Below, piece after piece: positions 18,764-28,430 of a stretch of DNA of 64,000 nt. Origin of the DNA: Chloroflexota bacterium (GTDB taxonomy: Bacteria; Bacillota; Sulfobacillia; JBFLWA01; JBLNDB01); assembly GCA_050261235.1 (NCBI GenBank), contig JBLNDB010000024.1:4189-68188 (forward strand), read 5' to 3'. The notes beneath the pieces are model-generated. The model did no database searches, was not told the DNA's origin, and saw nothing but the letters and a program-made list of their open reading frames with translations. How positions within the stretch are numbered: position 1 is the first letter of the stretch; the number at the start of each line of letters is the position of its first letter. The translations under genes were made by a program, and so were the position numbers.

Positions 18764-20278
18764 TTGACCAACAAGGAGAAGTACGATCTGCTGGTGGCGC
18801 GTCTGGCTGAGGTGAGCGACCTGATCCGGGCGGCCGGGGTGCTCGGCTGGGATCAGCAAGTGTACATGCCGCGAGGCGGCATGACCGCGCGCGGCAACCA
18901 ACTGGCGACGCTCAGCAACCTCGCCCACGCCCGCGCGACCAGCCCGGAGATCGGCGAACTGCTGAGCGATCTGGCGGCCTGGGAAAAGGAACTGCCCTAC
19001 GAGTCGGACGAGGCGAGCATGATCCGCATCGCCCGGCGCGAGTACGAGAGAGAGACCAAGCTGCCGGCCGACCTGGTGCGGGAGATCACTCTGGCCGCCA
19101 ACGATGGCTACGCCGCCTGGCTCCAAGCCCGCGAAGCAAAGGACTTCAGCATCTTCCGCCCGGCGCTCGAGCGGGTCTACCGAGCGATGCTGGCCAAGGC
19201 CCAGGCGCTCGGCTATCAGGACCAGCCGCTGAACGCGTTCGTCGACGAGGTCGAACCCGGCGTGACGCTGGCCGAAGTCGACGCCCTGTTCGCCGAACTC
19301 AAGTCTGCCCTGGTTCCGCTCGTCGCAGCGATCCGTGAGCGACTCGACCGGGTCGACGAGACAGTCGCGCGGAAGTTCTATGACAAGGACGCACAATGGA
19401 AAATCGGCCTCGAGGCGGTGCGGGCGATCGGCTTCGACCTCGACAAGCGGGGCCGTGCCGACATCTCGGTGCACCCGTTCACCACCTCGTTCTCGCCGGA
19501 CGACGTCCGCATCACCACGCGCATCCGCGAGCGCGAGTTCACGATGGCGTTCTACGCCTTCCTGCACGAGGCCGGCCACGGCACGTACGAGCAGGGGCTG
19601 CCGAAGCACCTCGAACGCAGCGTCCTCTGCCAGGGCGCCTCGGGTGGCATGCACGAGTCGCAGTCGCGCCTGTGGGAGAACATCGTCGGTCGGTCGCACG
19701 AGTTCTGCGAGTTCTTCTACCCAACGATGCAGCGTTACTTCCCGGAGCAGACGGCCGGTGTGTCGCTGGATACGTTCTACGGCGCCGTCAACGCGGTCCA
19801 TCCGTCGTTCATCCGCACCGAAGCCGACGAGGTGACGTACAATCTCCACATCATGATCCGCACCGAGCTGGAGCGGGAAGTGTTCGCCGGCCGGCTGGCC
19901 ATCGCCGATCTCGAGCAGGCCTGGAACGAGAAGTACAAGGAATACCTCGGCATCGTCCCGTCTGACCCAGTCGAAGGCGTGCTGCAGGACATCCACTGGT
20001 CTGGCGGATTTGGCGCCGCGTTCATCAGCTACACGTTCGGCAACGTCATCATGGTCCAGCTGTACCAGGCCGCGTGCCGCGAGATACCCGGCCTGCAGGC
20101 CGGCTTCCGCAAGGGTGAGTTCGCGCCGCTGCTCCACTGGATGAACCAGCACGTGCACGCGCACGGTGCCAAGTTCAAGCCGCTCGAGCTGGTGCGCATG
20201 GCCACCGGCGCCGACCTCAGCGCCAAGCCCTACCTTGAGTACATCCGGAGCAAGTTCTCAGCGATCTACGGGCTCTAG
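18764..20278 (+). CDS. Carboxypeptidase, family M32
   Basis: HPF, DVRITT, HEAGH, HESQS, IRTEADE, LQDIHW. Confidence 0.95.
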   Translation: MTNKEKYDLLVARLAEVSDLIRAAGVLGWDQQVYMPRGGMTARGNQLATLSNLAHARATSPEIGELLSDLAAWEKELPYESDEASMIRIARREYERETKLPADLVREITLAANDGYAAWLQAREAKDFSIFRPALERVYRAMLAKAQALGYQDQPLNAFVDEVEPGVTLAEVDALFAELKSALVPLVAAIRERLDRVDETVARKFYDKDAQWKIGLEAVRAIGFDLDKRGRADISVHPFTTSFSPDDVRITTRIREREFTMAFYAFLHEAGHGTYEQGLPKHLERSVLCQGASGGMHESQSRLWENIVGRSHEFCEFFYPTMQRYFPEQTAGVSLDTFYGAVNAVHPSFIRTEADEVTYNLHIMIRTELEREVFAGRLAIADLEQAWNEKYKEYLGIVPSDPVEGVLQDIHWSGGFGAAFISYTFGNVIMVQLYQAACREIPGLQAGFRKGEFAPLLHWMNQHVHAHGAKFKPLELVRMATGADLSAKPYLEYIRSKFSAIYGL

Positions 20279-20309
20279 GACGCCGCTCCGGGAGCGTCAT
20301 CGAACCGCC

Positions 20310-20340
20310 GCGAGACCGCCCAGAAATGGGCGGTCTCGCT
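20310..20340 (+). terminator. Hairpin after the M32 gene
   Basis: GCGAGACCGCCCA-gaaa-TGGGCGGTCTCGC. Confidence 0.65.
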
Positions 20341-20442
20341 ACATTTGGCCGCATTTGCGACTTGCCGAATGGCAGGTATCGCGCCTATGATGTCGAAAGA
20401 TGTAGCTTCACTCCACCGCCAGGAGAGCGAAAGGAGCAGCAG

Positions 20443-21072
20443 ATGCGGAACACAGCCAAAAACGTCATCATCATCGCAGTCATCGCCGCACTCGTGCTCG
20501 GCATCGGCGCCGGCTGTCTGCTGACCAATCGCGCGCGTCAGGCCGCAGTCGCGGACAACACGCCGGACCCCGGCGCACAGCCGCCGGCCGCGAACCCGCC
20601 GGCTGGCGAGCCGGGCAACGGTGTCGCCACACCACCCAGCACGCAACCGCCGCCGGCCGGTGCCATCGGCAACAATGGCGGCGACAAGGATTCGGTCATC
20701 TGGATCGATGTCGACGTGACGAAGCAGCGCGTCTATATCATGAGAGGCTCTGCCGTGGAGCGCGAGATGGTCGCGTCGACGGGCATGAAAGGCAAGGAGA
20801 CACCGCTCGGTGAGTTCAAGATCCAGAACCGCGGAGACTGGTTCTTCAGCGACAAATATCAGGAAGGCGCGAAGTGGTGGGCCTCGTTCAAGGACTGGGG
20901 CGTCTACCTGTTCCACTCGCTGCCGATGGACAAGGAGAGGAACATCATCCCGGAGGAAGCCGCCCTGCTCGGTCAGCCCGCGTCGCATGGCTGCGTCCGG
21001 CTGACAGTCGAGGATGCCAAGTGGATCTACGACAACATCAAGCAGGGCACGAAGGTCGTCATCCACGAATAG
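20443..21072 (+). CDS. Membrane-anchored L,D-transpeptidase (YkuD domain)
   Basis: N-terminal TM, Pro-rich linker, IDVDVTKQR, TPLGEF, LFHS...LGQPASHGCVRL. Confidence 0.92.
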   Translation: MRNTAKNVIIIAVIAALVLGIGAGCLLTNRARQAAVADNTPDPGAQPPAANPPAGEPGNGVATPPSTQPPPAGAIGNNGGDKDSVIWIDVDVTKQRVYIMRGSAVEREMVASTGMKGKETPLGEFKIQNRGDWFFSDKYQEGAKWWASFKDWGVYLFHSLPMDKERNIIPEEAALLGQPASHGCVRLTVEDAKWIYDNIKQGTKVVIHE

Positions 21073-21083
21073 TGCCAAGAGCG

Positions 21084-21110
21084 AGGGCCGCCCGACGGGG
21101 CGGCCTTCTG
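21084..21110 (+). terminator. Hairpin after the L,D-transpeptidase gene
   Basis: AGGGCCGCCC-gacg-GGGCGGCCTT then CTGT. Confidence 0.55.
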
Positions 21111-21325
21111 TGCGCTCCTGTGGCTTGAGAAGAGTCCGGTTCTGAGGGGTAGACCGGCGGGTGCGCGCATACGCCAGCAGACTGCTTCGCATGGCCGCGG
21201 CACCCCAGAGTACAGCCTGCAGACAACAGCATACTCGGCCATCCGGAGTGCATGCCCTGCAAACCGGCGGCGGGAGCAACGCTTGGAAAGAGAGCACCCC
21301 GCCAATCGGCGGGATGCTCCAGGAT

Positions 21326-21890
21326 CTAGTCTGGGATGATTTCGCTGTCGAACTCCTTGTACTGAACATCCGACCCCGGGATCTTCAGGATCTCGCGTCC
21401 CCCGTCCCACGATACGTCCACAATCACGGGAGTGGACAGTGCGGCCATGAGGTTGTCTTTGGCGCTTTGCGCCATCGCGTCAAGTTTTGCTATGTAGTCC
21501 GTGCCCGATTTTCTGGGCCGTGAGGCCAGTACCGTCTCCGAGGTCCACCGTATCGCCGTGAAACTTCAGCCAGTCTGGTGGCGCCCAGGCTTCGAGCGAC
21601 TTGTCAAGAGTGACGCTTGCTTTGACTCTGTGATGGGCGACCGCGCCCTTGGGCTCCAATAGGACTTGGTAGATGAGCCGCGATCCAGATTCCATTTCGG
21701 GCGGGTTCTTGACGATCACTACGGTAGCCTGCACAAGCCAGTCTTCGCTGAGGCTCGCCAGCTTCTCGGACGGTGGCAACGATGCTCTGCACCCTGCCTG
21801 ACCCAATGATAGCACCGCTGCGAGTACCGCCGCCAGAAGTCTGAACCGACTACCCGCCGCACTCATAGAGGACGGGACGGTTGTAGACAT
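21326..21890 (-). pseudogene. Putative lipoprotein gene split by a frameshift
   Basis: Frame 1 has a signal peptide with GQAGC and stops at 21480; a shifted frame open from about 21565 reads SGTDYIAKLDAMAQSAKDNLMAALSTPVIVDVSWDGGREILKIPGSDVQYKEFDSEIIPD* to 21326. Confidence 0.55.
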
Positions 21891-22107
21891 GCTGCTCGTA
21901 GGCCAGAGAGTTCAGCCATGCAGTCGAACGAGTCTGTGTACGCAATCCCATCTGCGCCGACAAAGGAGTTCCAGCATGAGGCTTTTCGGGTCATTCCCAC
22001 ACACCGCCAGGGGAGATTTGCCAGTAAGCTTCGATACCAGGTCCTTGACTCCTGCCCTTGTTCTGGCGAATTCCCTAAGTTCTAGTATGTTCCGAGCAGC
22101 AAGTGGA

Positions 22108-22659
22108 CTAATGCCCGTCCTTCGGCACGACACTGGCGTCAGCGTGGGCCCTGGCGCGCACGGTTCCGACAATGGCAGAGACAAACCGCAGCCTGACCGG
22201 GAAGCTGACTTCGACGCAGACGGTCGGGTTCGTCAGCGTGCGGCCGCTCACAGAGTGGCGGCCCGGGGCGCCCTCTTCGTGGTTGTAGACCGTCACCGCA
22301 GCCGTGATGTCTTCAACCTTCAGGCCCGGCCAGTTGCGCAGGATGTTCGTCGCCAGCCAGGCCTCGGCGTCGCGGGCGGCGGGCTCTGGGAGAATGTAGC
22401 GCTTCCCCTCGGCGAGCGACTCCAGGTCGAGGTCTTGCACCGCCGCCAGTGACGCCATGTCGGCCGCCGTGTAAGCCAGACTGTTGGCGAAGAAGAGAGT
22501 GCCTGCATCGATGACCAGACCTGCGAGAAGGAGGAGCACGGGCAGGCTCAGGATCAGCAAGACCGCAATCGAGCCAGTGTCCGCGCTGCCCCCGATCGCA
22601 CGGCTTCGATTGGCGCCGCCGTTGCAGCGCTGGCGTAGCGCTTGGAGCGTGCCTGCCAC
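22108..22659 (-). CDS. TadG-like pseudopilin/pilus assembly protein (Tad locus 1)
   Basis: G|SIAVLL hydrophobic segment, IDAG, AADMASLAA, C-terminal VRARAHADAS. Confidence 0.8.
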   Translation of the reverse strand: MAGTLQALRQRCNGGANRSRAIGGSADTGSIAVLLILSLPVLLLLAGLVIDAGTLFFANSLAYTAADMASLAAVQDLDLESLAEGKRYILPEPAARDAEAWLATNILRNWPGLKVEDITAAVTVYNHEEGAPGRHSVSGRTLTNPTVCVEVSFPVRLRFVSAIVGTVRARAHADASVVPKDGH

Positions 22660-22677
22660 CTCCTCAACTGCTGGATG

Positions 22678-23112
22678 CTACCGGACGTGCTCGGACCGCA
22701 CCGTCACAGAAGCCTTCAGCGTCAGTTCGCCGCCGAACAGACCGCGGATGAGCGGGGTGATGAACCGATACGGATAGCTGACGCTGACGGTGACAGGCGT
22801 ACCGTAATTGGCGGTGTGCGGCGTGATGGCGACGGTCGCCCGGGACGGGTCCAGGAAACCGAGCCTGATCTGGTCCTGGACCCGCTCCTCGATTGCGGCG
22901 CTCGCCCCGCCTTCGATGGCCGCCCGCCGGGCGCCATCGCGGCAAGCCGCCATGAGCACCAAGCGACTATTCATCATCATTCCGAAGTCGATCATGGCAA
23001 AGAAGAGCAGCGCCACCAGCATGAACACGAACAGGAACTCGACCATCGCGGCGCCGCTCTCGGCCCTGCAGATGCGCCTAGTTGACACCGGTGATCTGGC
23101 CGATGATGTCAA
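22678..23112 (-). CDS. TadE-like pseudopilin (Tad locus 1); start uncertain, possibly GTG 23088
   Basis: G|AAMVEF, DFG, ACRDGARRAA, VTVSVSYPY. Confidence 0.85.
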   Translation of the reverse strand: MTSSARSPVSTRRICRAESGAAMVEFLFVFMLVALLFFAMIDFGMMMNSRLVLMAACRDGARRAAIEGGASAAIEERVQDQIRLGFLDPSRATVAITPHTANYGTPVTVSVSYPYRFITPLIRGLFGGELTLKASVTVRSEHVR

Positions 23113-23275
23113 GCAGCTTGTTCTTCAGCGCCTGCCCGAGCTGCCCGAGCGTGCTGATCAGGAAGACAACGACCAAGGCGAGCAGGAGGGCATACTCGGT
23201 CGTCGCAGCGCCGCGTTCCCGTCTCAGCCACGTCGTGACAGCCAGGTACGCGCGGATAGCGAACGGAGTTCTCAT
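23078..23275 (-). CDS. Flp/Fap major pilin (Tad locus 1)
   Basis: ERG|AATTEYALLLALV Flp motif, 65 aa, AGGAGG RBS. Confidence 0.9.
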   Translation of the reverse strand: MRTPFAIRAYLAVTTWLRRERGAATTEYALLLALVVVFLISTLGQLGQALKNKLLDIIGQITGVN

Positions 23276-23319
23276 CGTGCACCTCCTTTCCTGCGCAGTC
23301 GCTCACGGTGCCAGCGCCG

Positions 23320-24195
23320 TCACCACAGTCCGCTGGTGAACGCGATGATGTTCGGCAAGGCGACGACGATGAAAGCTGTCGGGAAGAGAAAAACCAGCGC
23401 ACAGATTGTCATCTGGAGCGGCAGTTGGCCGAGTCTCGCCTCGACCTGCTGCCGGTACGCAGTGCGAGCGGATTCCGATTGCACCGCGAGGCTCTCGGCC
23501 AGGGGCACGCCGAGGCTCTCTGCTTCACAGAGGCTGCCCACGAAGGCCGTCACCGCCGGCAAAGCGACGCGCCCGGCGAGATGCCGGAGGGCGATCGGCA
23601 GTGGCGTGCCAGCGGCTGCTTCACGCACGGCGAGTCGCATCTCAAGCGACAGCGGACCCGGGGCCCTGGTCACCACTGCACTCAGGGCGCCGGCCAGCGA
23701 TGAGCCGCCGGCCGCTGCCACTGCCAACAGATCCACCAGTTCCGGGAACTCACGGATCATCGCCTCGCGACGCCGGCTGGCGACGATGCGGAGGATGACC
23801 TCCGGCAGGAGAACCGCTGCCGCGACGGCCGCGGCAACACGCGCCAGCACTCCTGACGTGCCCCAGCGGAACGCGACGGTCAGCAAGCCCGCCAAGATTG
23901 GCAACAGCGGTCGCCATTGCCGGTAGAGCAGGGCGCGCGAGCCGGAAAGGCCGGCGCCGACCACAAGATCTTCGTCACGCTCGTTCAGGAAAGCAATCCC
24001 CGCAGCCAAGCCGCGGGCGAGCAAGCCTCGCCTGGGAGAGAAGCGCGGCGGCGCTTCGTCGAGTCGCATGGTCGGCGAGCCGGCGAGGCCGGCGATGCGC
24101 TGGAGTCTTCGGAACTCTGCGGGCGCCAGCAGTTGTGCCGTCACGGCTCCGGCCCCAACCGCAGCGACAATCGCGGTAGCCATGATGGTATCCAT
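23320..24195 (-). CDS. tadC: TadC-like T2SSF domain protein (Tad locus 1)
   Basis: REFPELVDLLAV, AESLGVPLAESL, C-terminal LFPTAFIVV.LP. Confidence 0.85.
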   Translation of the reverse strand: MDTIMATAIVAAVGAGAVTAQLLAPAEFRRLQRIAGLAGSPTMRLDEAPPRFSPRRGLLARGLAAGIAFLNERDEDLVVGAGLSGSRALLYRQWRPLLPILAGLLTVAFRWGTSGVLARVAAAVAAAVLLPEVILRIVASRRREAMIREFPELVDLLAVAAAGGSSLAGALSAVVTRAPGPLSLEMRLAVREAAAGTPLPIALRHLAGRVALPAVTAFVGSLCEAESLGVPLAESLAVQSESARTAYRQQVEARLGQLPLQMTICALVFLFPTAFIVVALPNIIAFTSGLW

Positions 24196-25023
24196 CTATG
24201 TCCTCCCGACCGAAGCAGCGATGCGATTGATCACGTAGACACCGGTCAGCCATGAGACGACGGCGTACCCCAGGCCAACCCGGCCGAGTGTCGTCGATAC
24301 CAGTGGAGCGAGCATGGCCCGGTCGGCTACATACAGATATGCTGTCAAGAGGAGTGGCAGGGTCGCCAGCACCAGGGCCGTCAGGCGCGCTTCGCCGCTC
24401 TTGGCTGCCACTTCGCCGCGCAGGAGCCGCCGCTGGCGGATGATCCGCGACACATTGCCGAGCACGCCGGCGATATAGCCACCGGTCAGGCCATGGAGAC
24501 CAAGGGCGCGGGTGAAGAAGGCTGCCTCCGGACAGGGAACACGGCGCTGGATGCCTTCAATTGCCTCGATCAGGGGCACCCCAGCATGGTACTCTTGCAG
24601 TGCCCGCCGCAGCTCGTCGCCCAGTGGCGCCCCATATTCGCGCCCAGCGGCAGTCATGGCCTGAACCAGACTCTGTCCCGCCCGCAGGCTGTTGGCCATA
24701 GTCGCCGCCGCCTGCTCGAACTGCTCCTCAAACAGGCGCTGCCTGCGCAGCCTGGCCGAGTGGTCGATCACCCGCCGTGCCCCAAAGAGGGCCAGCGGCA
24801 AGGTGGCTGCCAGATACAGGCGGGCCCACGCCATGACGACCACCCACAGGGTCGTTGCCAGAGCAATCTGCCAGTACCTGAACCGTCGCGCCTGGACGAC
24901 CCCAAGGCGACGCAGGCCCGTCTCGGAGACGATGGACGGCGCGATCGCGAGTGCCCCAACCGTGGCCGCAGCCGCCACCCCGCCTGCGCACGCCGCCACA
25001 ATGATCAGAATGCTCGCGCTCAT
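24196..25023 (-). CDS. tadB: TadB-like T2SSF domain protein (Tad locus 1)
   Basis: FEEQF...MANSLRAGQSL, GEARLTALVLATLP. Confidence 0.85.
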   Translation of the reverse strand: MSASILIIVAACAGGVAAAATVGALAIAPSIVSETGLRRLGVVQARRFRYWQIALATTLWVVVMAWARLYLAATLPLALFGARRVIDHSARLRRQRLFEEQFEQAAATMANSLRAGQSLVQAMTAAGREYGAPLGDELRRALQEYHAGVPLIEAIEGIQRRVPCPEAAFFTRALGLHGLTGGYIAGVLGNVSRIIRQRRLLRGEVAAKSGEARLTALVLATLPLLLTAYLYVADRAMLAPLVSTTLGRVGLGYAVVSWLTGVYVINRIAASVGRT

Positions 25024-26345
25024 GACGGTCTCTCCCCCTTCTGACGCCCGCATGCCATCGCCAGCGATGCGAGCAGCGACTCCCAGGTGCAGGACGCGTC
25101 GCTCCAGCTGGCCGCGGGATGGTGCAGCTCGTCCGCGCCCTGACTGCTGAACAACTGTCTCAGGGAAAAGGTCGAGCCGGAGCAATGCTTGTCCATGGCG
25201 CTGACCGCGGTGATGCGACGACTGCCGTCAGCGAACCGCGCCTGGTGCACGACCAGATCGACCGCGGCGACGATCTGTCGGATGATGGCCTCGTACGGCA
25301 GGCCTTCGTCGGCCATCAGGACCATGTTGGCCAGCCTGGCGATGGCATCGTCGGGGCTGTTCGCATGAACGGTCGATAATGCTCCCTCATGCCCCGTGTT
25401 CATCGCTTGCAGAAGATCGAAGGCCTCAGCGCCGCGGCATTCGCCGATGATGATGCGGTCCGGCCGCATGCGCAAGGCGTTGCGCACGAGGTGTCTGATC
25501 GGTACCTCACCCGTCCCTTCGATGCTGGGTGGCCGGGCCTCAAGGGCGACCACGTGTCGCAACGGCAGACGCAGTTCGGCGGCATCTTCGATTGTGATCA
25601 CCCGCTCGCCGGCGTCGATGCACGACGCGAGGCAGTTCAGAGTCGTCGTCTTGCCGCTTGCCGTGCCGCCTGAGATGATGATGTTAAGGTGGCTGCGCAC
25701 CGCCCCGCCAAGGAAAGCAGCCAGGTCGTCGGGCAGGGCGCCAAGTCCGACAAGATCGGCCATCGCCTCCGCCCGCCGGATGAACCTGCGGATCGTCAGG
25801 GCCGGCCCGCGAACGGCAATGGGCGGTATCACCGCGTGGACGCGCGAACCGTCGGGAAGGCGACCATCGACGCACGGCGATGACTGGTCGATCCGTCGCC
25901 CGAGTGGCGCGACGATCCGGGTCATGATATCGACGACCTGCGCATCGTCGCGAAAGCGGACTTGTGTAGGCTCAAGCGCCCCGTCACGCTCGATCCAGAC
26001 ATCATCGGCCGCGTTGACCATGATCTCGGAGATCCCAGGATCGCCGAGGAGCGGCTCGAGCGGGCCGAAGCCGACGATTTCGCTGAGACTCAGCCGGATC
26101 AGATCCTCGCGCGTCAGGTCACCGGCAGTGATGTTCCGCTCGATGATCAGCCTGCCGACGGCATCAGCCAGGCGCTGCCGCTGCCCCGCATCGCTGCGTG
26201 CCGAGTCAATGAGGCCGGGACAGTCTGCGAGGAGTTGTCCCCGAATCAGCGCAATGGCGTCGCCACAGTCGACTGAGCCGCTGCCGACGACGGCCCGCGT
26301 CGGCTCCTCCTGGAGACGTAGCCGGGCTGCGAGACCTCTGCGCAT
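25020..26345 (-). CDS. tadA: TadA/CpaF pilus assembly ATPase (Tad locus 1)
   Basis: GFGPLEPLL, EIMVN, GRLPDGSRV, GGTASGKTT, IEDAAEL, LRMRPDRII, AMNTGH. Confidence 0.95.
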   Translation of the reverse strand: MRRGLAARLRLQEEPTRAVVGSGSVDCGDAIALIRGQLLADCPGLIDSARSDAGQRQRLADAVGRLIIERNITAGDLTREDLIRLSLSEIVGFGPLEPLLGDPGISEIMVNAADDVWIERDGALEPTQVRFRDDAQVVDIMTRIVAPLGRRIDQSSPCVDGRLPDGSRVHAVIPPIAVRGPALTIRRFIRRAEAMADLVGLGALPDDLAAFLGGAVRSHLNIIISGGTASGKTTTLNCLASCIDAGERVITIEDAAELRLPLRHVVALEARPPSIEGTGEVPIRHLVRNALRMRPDRIIIGECRGAEAFDLLQAMNTGHEGALSTVHANSPDDAIARLANMVLMADEGLPYEAIIRQIVAAVDLVVHQARFADGSRRITAVSAMDKHCSGSTFSLRQLFSSQGADELHHPAASWSDASCTWESLLASLAMACGRQKGERPS

Positions 26346-26349
26346 CGCG

Positions 26350-27585
26350 TCAGCTCCTGCTGCGGCGCCAGAGGCCACGTATCCGCGTCTCCACCGGCCG
26401 CTCGAAGGCCGGTGAAATCGCGGCCGCCAGTTGCCAGAACGCGTGACTTGCCGGGTGATTGGGGCGGGCCAACGCCAGCGGCTGCCCGGCGTAGGCAGCG
26501 GCATCCATGCTCCGAGGGTCGTCGGGGATGACACAGACTGCGCGGATGCCAAGGAACTCCTCTGCCCGCGCGGGATCCATGGTCGAGTCGCTGCGAACCC
26601 GATTGATGACCAGGCGCACCCGGTCGGCGACCTTGACATTCAGGCGCTTGAGAACATTCAGCAGCAAACGGGTGTCCCGCAGCGACGCTGCATCAAGGGT
26701 GGACACGAGGATCACAGCGCTGCTCTCATCGACACAATGGTAGAGGATGTCTGACGTCGGATCGCTCGCAAGATCGAGGACGACGATCTCATACTGCTTC
26801 CTGAGCCCGGCGAGGACGGTCGCGATGTGCTGCCGCTCAATGGTCTCGCCGTCTTCGGGTCTGCTCAGACCTGTCAGCACGCGCAGGCTGGTGCCGGCGG
26901 GGCAGGCGATGTCGGCCACGCGTTCCGGCGCCGCAATGACCTCAGTCAGCCCCGGCCCTTCCGGCAGGTCGAGGTACACGCCGATATCGCTGTTGGTGAG
27001 GGACAGGTCGGCCAGCGCCACCCGGGCCAGTCCGGTGGCGGCCAGAACGGCGGCAAGGTTGACGGCCACAGTCGTCTTGCCAACGCCACCCTTGGCGCTG
27101 ACGACGGGAAGCACTTGCGGCTGCAATACTGCCACGGCGCGTTGACCGCTGGCGAGGCTGTCGCCAGAGCCCGATCTGCCCGGTGCGGCAGCCGCCAGCT
27201 TGGCCTCGGGAGATGACTGACGATGGCTGCCCTGCCGGCGCACAGCCGCGACGGCATCGTCACCGCCCTGGCATACGGCGACACGGGCGCGCCGGCGCAG
27301 GGCCTGAGTCAGCTCGTCGCCGTCGGGCCCACCGCCGGAGTCGATGACCAGCACTCGCCGGTCGCTGTCCATGGTGAGCTGACTGACGGCGGCCACGAGT
27401 TCCAGCGAGCCGCAGAACTGCCGATCCAGCACGACAGCGGCAGAATCCGTGGCCGCCGCGATGCGGACGGCATCTTCTGCGCCGACGGCGCGGATGACGG
27501 TGATGCCTGCCCGTTCGAACTGCTCCATCGCCTCATCTTTGGCTGCCAGCACGACCACCGGCTTCACGTTGCTCCCCCCACTCAT
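26350..27585 (-). CDS. CpaE/TadZ-like MinD/ParA ATPase with degenerate receiver domain (Tad locus 1)
   Basis: SAKGGVGKTTVAVNLA, LVINRV; position in the tad operon. Confidence 0.85.
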   Translation of the reverse strand: MSGGSNVKPVVVLAAKDEAMEQFERAGITVIRAVGAEDAVRIAAATDSAAVVLDRQFCGSLELVAAVSQLTMDSDRRVLVIDSGGGPDGDELTQALRRRARVAVCQGGDDAVAAVRRQGSHRQSSPEAKLAAAAPGRSGSGDSLASGQRAVAVLQPQVLPVVSAKGGVGKTTVAVNLAAVLAATGLARVALADLSLTNSDIGVYLDLPEGPGLTEVIAAPERVADIACPAGTSLRVLTGLSRPEDGETIERQHIATVLAGLRKQYEIVVLDLASDPTSDILYHCVDESSAVILVSTLDAASLRDTRLLLNVLKRLNVKVADRVRLVINRVRSDSTMDPARAEEFLGIRAVCVIPDDPRSMDAAAYAGQPLALARPNHPASHAFWQLAAAISPAFERPVETRIRGLWRRSRS

Positions 27586-28235
27586 CGCGGCTGGTCCGGC
27601 GCAGAGACAACGCCGCGTGACTGACCCGCGAGCGTGACGAAGATGTCCCCGTTGCTGATTGCGAATGACAACGCCTCAGCGGCCTTCGGGGTGACCCGGA
27701 CGATCACGCCTTCACTGCCTGAGCCCGGTGTGAGAGTGTCATGACCTGAACGGACATCAAGCACCTCGACATCGCTGAGGATTGTCTGGGTGAGCTCGTA
27801 GCCGAGTTTCGCGGAATTGGCCACGAAGATGACATCGACCATATCGTGGGGGCCGATTGCGCCGCCGACAGCCCGGTCGGCGGCAGCCGGAATCAGCATT
27901 GCCCGCTCACCCTCGGCCAGCATGCCGCTGATCCGCCCGGCGAGGACGCCGTCGACCAGCTTGCCAGCGAGGATTTGCTCGCCAGCCGCCAGCGGGTACA
28001 TCGGGACGCGCCCAACGGCCTCATCGATCCGGCGTACGGCGTCCGGATGGATGCCGGCGCGGGGCATCCGCACGACCGTCAGCATCTCCGGCGCCAGCGC
28101 CGTGCGGGCACCGATGCCAGCAGTCGCAATGACGACCTGCCCAGGTGCAAGCATGGTCATCAACAGCCAATAGACCAGCAACCCCGTCCCGAGAGCCGCG
28201 ATGGCGGTGAACACGAACACCCGACGCAACCGCAA
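27582..28235 (-). CDS. cpaB: CpaB/RcpC pilus assembly protein (Tad locus 1)
   Basis: N-terminal TM, SAF domain (VVIA...LAAGEQI), GERAM, VDVIF, VIVRVTPKAAEAL. Confidence 0.88.
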   Translation of the reverse strand: MRLRRVFVFTAIAALGTGLLVYWLLMTMLAPGQVVIATAGIGARTALAPEMLTVVRMPRAGIHPDAVRRIDEAVGRVPMYPLAAGEQILAGKLVDGVLAGRISGMLAEGERAMLIPAAADRAVGGAIGPHDMVDVIFVANSAKLGYELTQTILSDVEVLDVRSGHDTLTPGSGSEGVIVRVTPKAAEALSFAISNGDIFVTLAGQSRGVVSAPDQPR

Positions 28236-28255
28236 GCGAACCCCTCCTCACCCAA

Positions 28256-28285
28256 ATATTACCAGTTGCGTTTGGCTGCCGTCAA
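28256..28285 (-). promoter_or_regulatory. sigmaA-type promoter of Tad locus 1
   Basis: TTGACG-N18-TAATAT with TGn extended -10, just upstream of the GAGGAGG RBS. Confidence 0.6.
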
Positions 28286-28430
28286 CTCACTCCTGTCGAC
28301 AGGTTTCCGCCAGGTTCGACCACTCGGCCGAAACCGGTCGCCAGTTCGGCTACGACCGTCGCAAGAGTCCCCTGCGGCAACAGGTGACTGCGCCCAGTGG
28401 CAGAACCTCCCATCCGAGGTGAGGGATGAC

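Noticed and set aside
21912-22184. 90-aa ORF after tadG1
   Set aside because: Overlaps tadG, has no RBS and no protein-like features
27846-28430. N-terminal extensions given by the ORF track (also for lpdA, gcvPB, M20, ruvX, sigK, tadA1)
   Set aside because: They overlap neighbouring genes; downstream starts with good RBSs were used instead
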